Origin: Microcoleus sp. Aus8_D1
GTDB taxonomy: Bacteria; Cyanobacteriota; Cyanobacteriia; Cyanobacteriales; Microcoleaceae
Assembly (NCBI RefSeq): GCF_036702645.1
Contig: NZ_JAUBUO010000016.1
Location: 92,186 to 152,338, forward strand
Direction: 5' to 3'
DNA: 60,153 bases
Positions 9,707 through 19,883 of the stretch are shown here, one piece after another. The translations under genes and the position numbers were made by a program. Each line of letters opens with the position of its first letter. The first letter of the stretch is position 1. The notes beneath the pieces are model-generated. The model had not been told where the DNA came from, made no database searches, and worked only from the letters and a program-made list of their open reading frames with translations.

Positions 9707-10014
9707 TACTTGACCTCCTCAGCTTGCTGCATTTGCGCCTCTATCCGACAAATATCTTCCTCGATTTCATCAAATACCTCTTCGCCATCAATCCCTTCAC
9801 CGCGATCTAATTCTTCTATCCCTACTCGAATTTTTTCCTTCAAGTCAGCAAGACGCTTCTCCTTAATGCGATCGCGCTCCCACAACAACCGCAAAGCTTC
9901 CCCCACCATCTCACTCGCTGAGGAATATTTACCTTTTTTTACCTGTTCTTGGATTAACCGTTCGAGTTCTGAAGTCAAAGATATATTCATCACAATTTGC
10001 TCCGCTATCGACAT
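9706..10014 (-). CDS. parD: Type II antitoxin, ParD family
   Basis: NISLTSELERLIQEQVKKGKYSSASEMVGEALRLLWERD is the ParD antitoxin signature. Start could instead be Met9 at 9990. Confidence 0.75.
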   Translation of the reverse strand: MSIAEQIVMNISLTSELERLIQEQVKKGKYSSASEMVGEALRLLWERDRIKEKRLADLKEKIRVGIEELDRGEGIDGEEVFDEIEEDICRIEAQMQQAEEVK

Positions 10015-10258
10015 TTTTATGATACCGCTTTTAATATCAGTTGCACAGTTTAATCCTTACTTTTTGGCAGCCTTAAGTAGGTAGGTGCAAATAAACTTTA
10101 CCGCTGGTTACAGAATGTGTATTGCTGTCATAACCCCTGCGATTGCTTCGTTTCACTGCGTTTCACTCGCAATGACATACATACATATTTTCCGACTCAT
10201 CTACTTAGCTCAAACGAAGTGCGTAGGCGTAGCCAGCCACAGGCATCGCCCAACCCAG

Positions 10259-10299
10259 CAAAAGTACGCGCGGCGCAGCTATCCCTCTTCGTGAATCGC
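10259..10299. repeat. Left 41-bp terminal inverted repeat of a small cassette
   Basis: aaaagtacgcgcggcgcagctatccctcttcgtgaatcgcc. Its perfect reverse complement lies at 11131..11171. Confidence 0.85.
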
Positions 10300-10326
10300 C
10301 CAACCCACCCGCCTCAACTCCCCAGA

Positions 10327-10524
10327 CTATTCCACCAAATCTTCGATCGAGAATTTCAGTAAATCACACAGCGCCTTCATCTGTACGGGGTAAAGCTTGG
10401 GTACGTGTCTGTCAGTCTCCCAGTTGATCACCGTCGATTGCACAACATGGCACGCCTTTGCCACTTGTATCCGAGTTAAACGGAGACTTTCACGTCGTTT
10501 TCTTAGCTTTTGTCCCAGCGTCAT
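10327..10524 (-). CDS. XRE-family HTH transcriptional regulator, 65 aa
   Basis: LGQKLRKRRESLRLTRIQVAKACHVVQSTVINWETDRHVP is a classic HTH_XRE. A divergent promoter region with three operator-like palindromes lies immediately upstream. Confidence 0.7.
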   Translation of the reverse strand: MTLGQKLRKRRESLRLTRIQVAKACHVVQSTVINWETDRHVPKLYPVQMKALCDLLKFSIEDLVE

Positions 10525-10540
10525 TATCTATCCCTCATGC

Positions 10541-10616
10541 AGTTGATTATATGTATTCAGTTGACTATATGTAGTCAACTGAAGATCTACATTAATTGAC
10601 TATATATAGTTAATTA
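10541..10616. promoter_or_regulatory. Three operator-like palindromes, TTGACTATAT(G/A)TAGTCAA type, in the divergent intergenic region
   Basis: agttgattatatgta (10541-10555), cagttgactatatgtagtcaactg (10557-10582) and taattgactatatatagttaatta (10593-10616). Probably binding sites for the adjacent XRE regulator. Confidence 0.45.
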
Positions 10617-10824
10617 TTTTAGGCAATTTTTGTCAAAAACTATTGACTTTATAGAAAGCCATTGGTAAAAATAGGAACTACAAACAACCTAATTTCTCTA
10701 GTCTTCTCTGAAATTAGGAACTAGACGCGCCAAGTCTGAAAAAAAGTCAAAAGCCAGTCCGCGCCCTCGACAAGCATTGAACTGGCTTTGGCGACCATTC
10801 CCGTGCAGAAAAATCCAACACTAA

Positions 10825-11052
10825 ATGGAGACCAACTTAATTATGCCTTACAAAGACCGCCTCAACAGGTGGCTGATAGTTCGTTTGCTGCCCAATATGC
10901 AGCGAATTACTGTAGCCCATTTTTTCAGGCATTCTGATGCTGACGGCCATCTGCGGATTATCCGACAGTTAATCCCGAATGCTCACTTTGTCATTGTGTT
11001 TAATGCTGATGTCAATCCTTACGCTGTTCCTAGCAGTAGCGAAAGCAGCTAG
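10825..11052 (+). CDS. Hypothetical 75-aa protein inside the IR-bounded cassette
   Basis: ORF divergent from the XRE gene; no recognisable motif. Confidence 0.3.
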   Translation: METNLIMPYKDRLNRWLIVRLLPNMQRITVAHFFRHSDADGHLRIIRQLIPNAHFVIVFNADVNPYAVPSSSESS

Positions 11053-11130
11053 AAGTTTGTCATAAAGGGCGATCGCACTTCTCGATCGCCCGATCGCCCT
11101 TTTCTGTCTTAGCTTAAACCAATTGCGAGG

Positions 11131-11171
11131 GCGATTCACGAAGAGGGATAGCTGCGCCGCGCGTACTTTTT
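11131..11171. repeat. Right 41-bp terminal inverted repeat of the cassette
   Basis: Perfect reverse complement of 10259..10299. Confidence 0.85.
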
Positions 11172-11238
11172 CGACAAAACTTACGCAACTTCTTGAGAGC
11201 GCAAAAACTCAGCAAGTCTATTTGTAGCATTTCGTAGG

Positions 11239-11272
11239 GGCAATCCCCCCGTGGTTGCCCCTATTTTTTTGA
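11239..11272 (+). terminator. Hairpin GGGGCAA-tccccccgtgg-TTGCCCC followed by a T-run; putative intrinsic terminator
   Basis: 7-bp stem then TATTTTTTT. The same core tccccccgtggttgcccc recurs at 40744..40762. Confidence 0.35.
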
Positions 11273-11283
11273 TCAACCCTAAA

Positions 11284-13491
11284 TCACACTCTCTTCTGAT
11301 TTTTACTCGGACTTTGTACTTGAGTGTACGACTCATTCGTAAAATAATAATGACTGTGCGGTTCATTCTTCGGACTCACCCCATTCACTACCATACCGAG
11401 TACGTGTTGACTAGATTTCTTTAACAAATCTTTAGCAAAAGCCACACTACCAGAATACAGCACTCCCGGCCGCGCCACCAATAAAATACCATCTGCCTTT
11501 TTACCCAGGATCAGAGCATCAGCAGCTACGTTCAAAGAAGGACTATCAATAACGACTAAATCGTAATTACTCGAAAATTGTTTAATTAATGAAGTTATCC
11601 GCTGCGATTCCAATAGAGCCATTGGGTTAGGCGGAATCACCCCACAACTGAGCACATCTAAATTATCCATCACTTGGGCGATCGCACTTTTCAACTCAGC
11701 TTGTCCCACAATCACATTGCTCAAACCCACCTGATTAGCAAGTTCCCAAATTCGGTGCTGAACCGGGCGGTGCATATCCGCATCTACCAGCAAAACCCTT
11801 CGTCCCAATTGAGCCACCGTCGCAGCCAAATTAGCAGCTACCGTAGACTTCCCCTCATGCGGGAGTGAACTGCTAACCACAATCACCTTTAGTTGTGTAT
11901 CCGAACTAAGAAACCTCAGATTTGCTTGAAGCATCCGGTAAGCAGCACTGACATTAGTGTGAGGAGTATCTTTCACAACAATTTGTCGAGAAGATGGTTC
12001 CGAATCCCCAGCACCAGAACTAGGCCGCAGGAAATTTCGCCAGCTATTTTTTTGAAATTTATGAGCAGGAATCACGCCCAGCAAGGTGAGTCCAAACAAT
12101 TCCTTTGCTTCCTCAATAGTTTTGACAGATTTGTCTTGAGATTCTAAAGCTATAGCCGTAGCTATACCTAGCAAGGTTCCCAGCAAACTACCCGAAACTA
12201 GCAATAGAGATTTGCGAGAAGCAATTGGTTCTTGAGGAACACTAGCTTTTTGGATAATGCGAGCGTTACCCACTTTCTGACTTTCTGCGATCCGAATTTC
12301 CTGAAGTTTTTTTTGCAATTCTGCATAAGCAGATTCGGTTTCTTGCAGTTTTCTGGATAGCTCGCGCTGTTCTTTCTCCAGCTTGGGCAAATTATGTACC
12401 CGCTGCTTGTAGCTAGCTAGCGCGTTTGATAAAATAGAAACTCGCTCAGCTAAACCTTGCCGCTCTACATCTACTTTGACAAACTCTTCGATCAGTCTTG
12501 GCTTCACTTCTCCTATCTGCAAATTTCCGTCATACCCTTGTTGCTGACCACCCGGAACCTGCTGTATTTGCTTGTCCAGTAGAGCTTTCAGGGTAGATTT
12601 CTTAGTTTCTAGCCTAGTTATTATAGGTGAAGTATCCAGATAGCGATTTTGCTCGAGTTTCAACTGCCGTTCTATCTGCTGGTATTCTTTCAAAGCTTCC
12701 TGCACAGCACTAGACTGGCTGAGGTTGCTCGCAGTTAATGCCTGCTGCGGATTCATCTGCAATTCTTTTTGGAATGCTTCGGACTTAGCACTTGCTTTGA
12801 CAAAATCCGACTTAGCGTCATCTATTTGGCTTTCTAAACGCGCCATAACTGACACGGCAGATCTAGCTTCTTCTTCTAAATTAACTACTTTATTGCCTTC
12901 TTTAAATCTGCTCAGTTCTGCTGCGGCTTTCCGCATTGAGTTTTCAGCAGTAGGTAATTTTTTTTCAATAAACTGGCGGACAGCCACAGCTTCTAGTCGA
13001 TTGACTTGGACATTATTTTCTATATAAAAATCCATCATGTTCTTGACAACATCTGCGGCTTCTTTGGATTTTTTACTTTTGTAAGAAACCGTCAGGATAT
13101 CTGCTCCCCGAATAGTTGTCACTGTCAGGTTTTTCAAAAAGCTTTTGCTTGTTAGAGGGTCGCCTTTTTGATCCTTGAGGTTGAGCTTGTTTATGGTCTT
13201 TGCTGCAAGTTCAACAGAACGAATTAGCTCGATTTCGGTAGTCAAGGGGTTGCTTTGCTCTGCTGCTGGAGTCAACTGTCCTATTTCTTTTCCCAATTCT
13301 GTTAAAGCAGAGGCAGGATTTGTCTTTTTAAATAAAAGCTTGCCTTCGGCTTCATAGACAGGCTTTTCCTTGAGTACACTATAGCTAGTTAATGCGAGAA
13401 CCGAGGCAAATACGACTAAGGCGGGCAGCCAGCGCCGCTTGATAATTTGCCAGTATTGCTGAAACCCTATACCAGTTTCTGCGGACTCCAT
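11284..13491 (-). CDS. wzc: Polysaccharide chain-length determinant / tyrosine autokinase (Wzc/ExoP/GumC family)
   Basis: N-terminal TM followed by Wzz-like coiled-coil periplasmic region. C-terminal P-loop kinase VIVVSSSLPHEGKSTVAANLA...LLVDADMHRP and Y-rich tail. Confidence 0.85.
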   Translation of the reverse strand: MESAETGIGFQQYWQIIKRRWLPALVVFASVLALTSYSVLKEKPVYEAEGKLLFKKTNPASALTELGKEIGQLTPAAEQSNPLTTEIELIRSVELAAKTINKLNLKDQKGDPLTSKSFLKNLTVTTIRGADILTVSYKSKKSKEAADVVKNMMDFYIENNVQVNRLEAVAVRQFIEKKLPTAENSMRKAAAELSRFKEGNKVVNLEEEARSAVSVMARLESQIDDAKSDFVKASAKSEAFQKELQMNPQQALTASNLSQSSAVQEALKEYQQIERQLKLEQNRYLDTSPIITRLETKKSTLKALLDKQIQQVPGGQQQGYDGNLQIGEVKPRLIEEFVKVDVERQGLAERVSILSNALASYKQRVHNLPKLEKEQRELSRKLQETESAYAELQKKLQEIRIAESQKVGNARIIQKASVPQEPIASRKSLLLVSGSLLGTLLGIATAIALESQDKSVKTIEEAKELFGLTLLGVIPAHKFQKNSWRNFLRPSSGAGDSEPSSRQIVVKDTPHTNVSAAYRMLQANLRFLSSDTQLKVIVVSSSLPHEGKSTVAANLAATVAQLGRRVLLVDADMHRPVQHRIWELANQVGLSNVIVGQAELKSAIAQVMDNLDVLSCGVIPPNPMALLESQRITSLIKQFSSNYDLVVIDSPSLNVAADALILGKKADGILLVARPGVLYSGSVAFAKDLLKKSSQHVLGMVVNGVSPKNEPHSHYYFTNESYTQVQSPSKNQKRV

Positions 13492-14047
13492 AAATTCCTC
13501 CTGAACTTATGACATAAAATGGTTCTATCATATCATATTTCGTCGCCTATGTCAATAATACTTAAGTATTATATTTTTTTGATATATTTAGTATTATTAG
13601 AAAAAAAATAATCTGTAGCGGTCAATAAGTGAAAGATTAACCGTGTCTATACTATACGAATTCCATGTAACAGAGGTGCCAATTTATACATATATCTAAA
13701 TATTATTGGTTTGATAAAGTATTTAACATACTAGAACAACAGCAAGAGGTTGGTGGGATAATAAAGAGCGTACATCAAAGTGGAATCAAAAAGATGGCAG
13801 ATAGTAGAGCTTCTCTATGCGATCTGGTTTCAGCGATCTGCTTTAGGTTCTCCCCCCGAAGCGGTTAAAAATTTGAGCGTGCGGGTGTGGGTCTACGAAT
13901 AGCTTATAACAAGTGGCAGTCAAAGGTAGATAAATAGGATAAGTAGGATAAGTAGGATTCTCCCAGACAAGAGGGAAGGAAGATTCTACATTTTAAAGAA
14001 GCAATTTGGTACGAGCGTAAGCTGTAGTTGTTGTTGTAGGGCGTGTT

Positions 14048-16855
14048 ATGAACCGGATAATCAGAAAAATCAGCCAAGGTTTGCTGAGATTGAGGAACCG
14101 TCATTTTTTGTTGATTGACACGATTTGTTTGGCGATCGCCCCCGTATTGGCGCTAGCTATTCGTTTAGATGATTCTTTTACTCTTGCACCCTACTTGTAC
14201 GGGCTAGCGGTAGCTACGGTATTGTTCGTTGCAGTAAAGCTAACTGTATTTTATAGCTTCGGGTTCTACAGGCGTTACTGGCGGTATGCCGGTATTGACG
14301 AATTGGCACAAATAGCGGTGCTGATCGGTGTGGCTTTAGCCTTAGAAACTATACTGTTCCAAGGGCTGGCTCACCTGAGTATTTTTGGGGTCAACAAACT
14401 GCCGCGATCGCTGCCACTGCTCGATGCGATGCTGAGCTTTTTGTTTATTGGCGGCATTCGTTTCAGCATTCCCGCGATCGAAAGGTTGAGCCAAAGACGC
14501 CGGAAATTTCAGCGGTGCGATCGCTTGCTGATAGTCGGTGCAGGGAGTGCAGGCATTTCTTTGATGCAGAAAATGCAGCGGAGTTCCCAGCTAGGACTTT
14601 ACCCCGCAGCTTTCATTGACGACGACCCGAAAAAGCTCAACTTGCGGATTCGCGGAGTAAGTGTAGTAGGCGATCGCCATCAAATTCCCCAAATAGTTAG
14701 GTCGTTAAATATCTCTAAAGTTATCATTGCCATACCCACAGCCCCGGGAAGAGAAATTAGAGAAATCGTAGAAATTTGTCAGTCAATTGGAGTGCCAACC
14801 AGTACACTGCCCGGTATCAATGAAATCATCAACTGCCGCGTCAGCTTGGGCAGCGTCAGGGAAGTACAAATTGAGGACTTGCTCCGTCGCGAATCCATCC
14901 AAACTGATGTCGAGAAAGTTTCCGAATTTATCATAGGCAAAAAAGTTCTAATTACCGGAGCTGGTGGCTCGATCGGCAGCGAACTTTGCCGACAAGTTTT
15001 AAAATCAGAACCTGCGGAAATGATCCTTGTAGGACACGGAGAAAACTCTGTATTCAACATTCAACAAGAACTAAACCGGGTGATTTCCCAACTCCAAAAA
15101 GCAGGCGAACTCAAAATACATATCCCTCAATTAACAACATTCATAGCCGATATTCGCTTTGTCGATCGCTTAGAGTACGTGTTTGACAAAGTTAGACCAG
15201 ATATTGTGTTTCACGCGGCGGCTCACAAACACGTACCCATGATGGAATTAAACCCGCCTGAAGCCATTACTAATAATGTGCGGGGAACAAAAAACCTGTT
15301 GGATATGGCATTGAAGTACGATGTCGAACATTTTGTGATGATTTCGACTGACAAGGCCGTGAATCCAACTAACATTATGGGCGCCAGCAAAAGAGTTGCA
15401 GAAATGCTGGTGCTGCAAGCTGCAAAAAAAAGCGGGAAACCCTTTGTAGTTGTACGTTTTGGCAATGTTCTCGGCAGTCGCGGCAGCGTCGTCCCCACCT
15501 TCAAACGGCAAATTGCTGAAGGCGGCCCGATCACCATTACCCATCCAGATATCAGCCGGTATTTCATGACAATTCCCGAAGCAGTGCAACTGCTGTTGCA
15601 GGCGGCAGTGCTCGGTGACGGGGGTCAAGTATTCATGCTCGACATGGGGCAGCCAGTCAGAATTGTTGACTTGGCAAAAGATTTAATTCGCCTTTCGGGA
15701 TATGAGTTGGGCAAAGACATTGATATTGTCTTCACGGGGCTGCGGCCTGGAGAAAAATTGTTTGAAGAACTGTTTATTCCCGGGGAAACCTACGACAAAA
15801 CTGAACATGAAAAAATTCTGATTCTCGGCAATGCCAGCCGCATTGTCCGAGAAAATATTGAGCAGGACATAGAAGCCCTTTGTCAAGCAGCTCATCGAAA
15901 TGATGCCAATTTAATTGTGTTTTTGCTAGAGCAGTTAGTGCCTGAATACATACCGGGATATTCAACTGTTAATTTGCACGCCAATATAGCCCAAGAAAAA
16001 ACGGATATCGCAGAAAATTCTCCGCAGGTTCAGACAAATTCCAACAGTGTTGTATCTGTTGACGTAGAGAATGATTTGAGGCAAGCTCTTAAACTTCAGG
16101 AGTTTCGCCTTTACTATCAACCGATAGTATGCCTGGAAACTCATAAGATTACAGGTTTTGAGGGGCTGCTGCGCTGGCAGCACCCGACTCGTGGATTTCT
16201 TGTCCCAGACGAGTTTATTCCAGCGGCAGAAGCCACGGGGTTGATTGTGCCTATTGGCGAGTGGGTGTTGCGTCAAGCTTGCAGCCAGTTGCGAATTTGG
16301 CAACAGCGATTTGATATTGACGATCCCTTAACAGTCAGCGTGAATCTGACTAGCAAACAGTTTTTCCAACCTGATTTAAGCGAGGTACTCTACCAAATTC
16401 TAACGGAAACTAAGCTTGATGCTTCTAGTTTAAAGATAGAGATTCCGGAGCAAGTTGCGATCGACAATTCTGAGCTAGCTACCGCTGTGTTTGTTAAACT
16501 CAAAGCTTTAGGGGTGCAATTGCAAATCGATCACTGCGGTTTGAGCGATCGATCTTTAACTCGCCTCCACCGCTTGATACGCATGAAGTATGGGAAGTTC
16601 GACAGTTTGAAGCTAGATTGTTCTGTGGTCAGCGGGCTGGAGGGTAATGACGCTAACTTAGAAACTCTCCAAAAAATTATTGCGATCGCGCAGGAGCTAG
16701 ATATGGGTATGATTGCAACTGGGGTGGAAACCTGCGAGCAAATAGCTCAGCTCAAAGCGCTGAAATGCGTCTACGGCCAGGGATACTTTTTCTCGAAGCC
16801 CGTGGAAGGCTCTAAGATAGAGACATTGATTGGCACTATGACTGCTCATAGTTAA
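14048..16855 (+). CDS. Fusion of a membrane-bound UDP-sugar 4,6-dehydratase (WbpM/CapD/PglF Polysacc_synt_2) with a C-terminal degenerate EAL (c-di-GMP phosphodiesterase-like) domain
   Basis: Four N-terminal TM helices and Rossmann LITGAGGSIGSEL. The EAL domain begins ~16090 (QEFRLYYQPIVCL...FEGLLRWQHP). The DDFGTGYSS motif is replaced by DHCGLSDRS and EAL by EGL. Confidence 0.85.
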   Translation: MNRIIRKISQGLLRLRNRHFLLIDTICLAIAPVLALAIRLDDSFTLAPYLYGLAVATVLFVAVKLTVFYSFGFYRRYWRYAGIDELAQIAVLIGVALALETILFQGLAHLSIFGVNKLPRSLPLLDAMLSFLFIGGIRFSIPAIERLSQRRRKFQRCDRLLIVGAGSAGISLMQKMQRSSQLGLYPAAFIDDDPKKLNLRIRGVSVVGDRHQIPQIVRSLNISKVIIAIPTAPGREIREIVEICQSIGVPTSTLPGINEIINCRVSLGSVREVQIEDLLRRESIQTDVEKVSEFIIGKKVLITGAGGSIGSELCRQVLKSEPAEMILVGHGENSVFNIQQELNRVISQLQKAGELKIHIPQLTTFIADIRFVDRLEYVFDKVRPDIVFHAAAHKHVPMMELNPPEAITNNVRGTKNLLDMALKYDVEHFVMISTDKAVNPTNIMGASKRVAEMLVLQAAKKSGKPFVVVRFGNVLGSRGSVVPTFKRQIAEGGPITITHPDISRYFMTIPEAVQLLLQAAVLGDGGQVFMLDMGQPVRIVDLAKDLIRLSGYELGKDIDIVFTGLRPGEKLFEELFIPGETYDKTEHEKILILGNASRIVRENIEQDIEALCQAAHRNDANLIVFLLEQLVPEYIPGYSTVNLHANIAQEKTDIAENSPQVQTNSNSVVSVDVENDLRQALKLQEFRLYYQPIVCLETHKITGFEGLLRWQHPTRGFLVPDEFIPAAEATGLIVPIGEWVLRQACSQLRIWQQRFDIDDPLTVSVNLTSKQFFQPDLSEVLYQILTETKLDASSLKIEIPEQVAIDNSELATAVFVKLKALGVQLQIDHCGLSDRSLTRLHRLIRMKYGKFDSLKLDCSVVSGLEGNDANLETLQKIIAIAQELDMGMIATGVETCEQIAQLKALKCVYGQGYFFSKPVEGSKIETLIGTMTAHS

Positions 16856-16978
16856 TGGGGAATTTATTGAGAATTTTCAAACTTACTCAATTTCCCCCAT
16901 AAAATAGGTTTATCAGTAGGTTAATCCCAGTCTTATGACTTAGCGATCGCAGAATCAACAGTGGAAGGCAGGAAAATT

Positions 16979-18424
16979 ATGAATTTGGCAAAATATATAA
17001 AGTTTCCTTTGGGGTCAATCTTGTTGTTTGCGATCGCTTCATACCAACCGACTGTTGCTACTGTTCCTTCTAATCAAACCACAGTAACGTATGAAAGCAG
17101 TTCTGAGGATTTTCCCAATCCAGAAAGAGGTTTCTTCGTACCGTTTAACCCTATCGGTAATAACCCAGTTTCTCCCTTGCAGTTATCTGACTTGCAAAAA
17201 GTGAGAACTCAGAACATGAGTTTGGTGCGCAGAATTTACCTGCTTTCAGAATTTCGAGAAAAACCGCTATCACAATCTTTCCTAGAGATGATTTCGCAGG
17301 ACTGCGAGACAGCCCGCCAAGCAGGGGTAAAATTGATTATCAAATTTTCCTACAATTGGCTAGAAGGTGGTTCTGATGCTCCGCGCGACAGAATTATCTC
17401 ACACTTGGAGCAGTTGAGACCAATTTTGGCAGAGAACTACGACGCGATCGCATACATCCATGCAGGTTTTATTGGTTACTGGGGGGAATGGAATCGTTCG
17501 ACCAACAATCTGCTAAATACTCAGGACATGAGAACCATTTTATTTAAAATTTTATCGGTACTTCCAGCAGACAGAATGGTAGCGCTACGTTACTCCAAAA
17601 ATAAAAGAGATATTTATGACAATCAAAATCCCCTTACTCCTGAAGACGCCTTCAACGGTACTTATCGCGCCAGAACAGGTGCTAATAACGAGTGTTTCTT
17701 AGCTAGTATAGATGATTGGGGTACATATATGAGTACAGATCCCACAATTGTAGAAAGAGAAAAGAATTTTTTAAACCTGGATAACAGCTATCTAGTTCAA
17801 GGAGGGGAAACTTGTAACGCTGACAGAGAAGCACAACCTTATATTGGTTGCCTTAATGCTTTAAAAGATTTACGACAAATGCGCTGGAGTGACTTAAACT
17901 CTAGATTTGACCAAGAAGTATTGAAAGTTTGGGAGGATCAAGGCTGTATGCCCGAAATCAAGCGTCGTTTAGGCTACCGCTTTCGTCTTTTGAATTCGGT
18001 GATTCCCCACACAATAAAACCTGGTGGTAGCTTTTCAATAAATTTGACACTTGTCAATGATGGATGGGCTAGTCCATACAACCCGCGACGACTAGAAGCG
18101 ATTTTGCGTAACCGTCAAACCCGAAAAGAATACTATTTGCCAGTACCAGAAGAGCCTCGTCTGTGGATGCCAGGAACTACTAAAATCGTAAATATTAAAG
18201 GTGGTATCCCAGCAAATATACCTCCAGGAGTTTATGAAGTATTATTGAACTTACCAGATCCCACTACCAAATTATATAATCGTCCTGAATATTCAATAAG
18301 ATTTGCTAATCTTAATGTGTGGGAACCATCCACAGGCTATAATTACTTACAAACAAGTGTGATTGTAGCTCCTAAAGCATCAGGAGGTGACTATTCAGGC
18401 AAGGATTTTTTTAGGACACGTTAG
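16979..18424 (+). CDS. Secreted protein, putative glycoside-hydrolase-like (DUF4874/DUF4832-like)
   Basis: Signal peptide MNLAKYIKFPLGSILLFAIASYQPTVA. Conserved YIHAGFIGYWGEWN motif. Start chosen at the ATG after the GGAAGG RBS; the ORF track begins at GTG 16961. Confidence 0.5.
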   Translation: MNLAKYIKFPLGSILLFAIASYQPTVATVPSNQTTVTYESSSEDFPNPERGFFVPFNPIGNNPVSPLQLSDLQKVRTQNMSLVRRIYLLSEFREKPLSQSFLEMISQDCETARQAGVKLIIKFSYNWLEGGSDAPRDRIISHLEQLRPILAENYDAIAYIHAGFIGYWGEWNRSTNNLLNTQDMRTILFKILSVLPADRMVALRYSKNKRDIYDNQNPLTPEDAFNGTYRARTGANNECFLASIDDWGTYMSTDPTIVEREKNFLNLDNSYLVQGGETCNADREAQPYIGCLNALKDLRQMRWSDLNSRFDQEVLKVWEDQGCMPEIKRRLGYRFRLLNSVIPHTIKPGGSFSINLTLVNDGWASPYNPRRLEAILRNRQTRKEYYLPVPEEPRLWMPGTTKIVNIKGGIPANIPPGVYEVLLNLPDPTTKLYNRPEYSIRFANLNVWEPSTGYNYLQTSVIVAPKASGGDYSGKDFFRTR

Positions 18425-18518
18425 GCGATCGTGCAAATAGAAGCTCAAGTGGTTGTAACGATGATGCCGCTAATAAAAAATGAGCGTCCAAAATTAACAA
18501 AAAACGGATCTGTATTTA

Positions 18519-19883
18519 ATGAAAATTTTGCGCTATAAAAAATGGCTAGATTTTTGGAAAAACTTGACAACTGGGTCTCCCAATCGTCAAATTTTAGGTG
18601 CAGCTTTAATAGTTGCTATAGGAACAGCATTAGTCAAATTAGCAGCTTTAGCTAAAGAATTGGCGGTTGCTTGGAAATTTGGCACTACCGATGCCTTGGA
18701 TGCATTCTTAATTGCTTTAGTGATTCCTTCTTTTATAGTTAATGTTGTAGCCAACTCTTTTAATGTTGCACTGATACCTACCTATATTAAAGTACGAGAA
18801 CAAGAAGGTATAACAGTAGCTCAAAAACTTTTTTCTGGAGCCACAGTCTGGAGTCTCGGACTACTAGGAATTACGACTCTAGCAATGGTGATGACTGCAC
18901 CACTGTATTTACCGTGGATTGCAGGTGGGTTCAGTGATGAAAAGTTAGACCTGACATTTAAGCTGCTATGCGCGATCGCGCCAATGGTTCTACTCAGTGG
19001 GATGCTCACTATATGGGGTGCTGTTTTGAATGCAGGAGAGCGTTTCGCTTTAGCAGCTATTTCTCCCATTATTACCCCAGCTATTACTATCATATTATTA
19101 TTGTTAGCCAATTCCTGGGGAGTCTTTGCCTTAGCAGCCGGACTCGTGTTTGGTCAAATATTAGAAATTGTTATTTTAGGAGTGGCATTAAAGAAGCAAC
19201 ACATTTCATTAATGCCAAAATGGTATGGATTTGATACTCATCTGCGTCAGGTAGCTAACCAATATGCTCCGATGATTGCTGGAGGACTTTTAATGTGTAG
19301 TGCCGGCTTGGTCGATCAAGCTATGGCAGCACAATTACCATCGGGAAGTGTGGCAGCATTGAACTATGGTAATCGAATAATTGCCTTGCCGATCACCCTA
19401 ACAACCACAGCCTTAAGCACTGCTGTAATACCATATTTTTCCAAAATGGTTGCGAGTGAAGATTGGAACGCTATACGTCATACATTGAGGCGCTATCTTT
19501 TTTTAATCTTTCTCATAACTGTACCATTGGTAGCATTTTTCTATCTGGGATCTGACAAAATTGTTGAGTTCATGTTCCAAAGAGGGACATTTAGTAGCAA
19601 AGATACTATTATAGTAGCTCAAATACAAGCATTTTATGCCTTGCAGATTCCTTTTTATGTGGCGAATATTTTGGTTGTAAGGCTGATTTCAGCCTTACAG
19701 GCTAATCATATTCTAATGTGGGGATCGGCGATTAACTTAATAGTCAATATCGGCTTAAACTACATTTTCATGAAAGTGCTTGGAATTAGCGGAATTGCAT
19801 TATCTACAAGTTGTTTATATATGATATGCTTGAGTTTTACATCATACTGGTGTTTCTATTTGTTAAGGAGGCAAAATGACTAA
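18519..19883 (+). CDS. MOP-superfamily flippase (MurJ/MviN-like; probable oligosaccharide-unit flippase)
   Basis: Polytopic membrane protein whose N-terminus is typical of MurJ/Wzx proteins. Confidence 0.75.
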   Translation: MKILRYKKWLDFWKNLTTGSPNRQILGAALIVAIGTALVKLAALAKELAVAWKFGTTDALDAFLIALVIPSFIVNVVANSFNVALIPTYIKVREQEGITVAQKLFSGATVWSLGLLGITTLAMVMTAPLYLPWIAGGFSDEKLDLTFKLLCAIAPMVLLSGMLTIWGAVLNAGERFALAAISPIITPAITIILLLLANSWGVFALAAGLVFGQILEIVILGVALKKQHISLMPKWYGFDTHLRQVANQYAPMIAGGLLMCSAGLVDQAMAAQLPSGSVAALNYGNRIIALPITLTTTALSTAVIPYFSKMVASEDWNAIRHTLRRYLFLIFLITVPLVAFFYLGSDKIVEFMFQRGTFSSKDTIIVAQIQAFYALQIPFYVANILVVRLISALQANHILMWGSAINLIVNIGLNYIFMKVLGISGIALSTSCLYMICLSFTSYWCFYLLRRQND

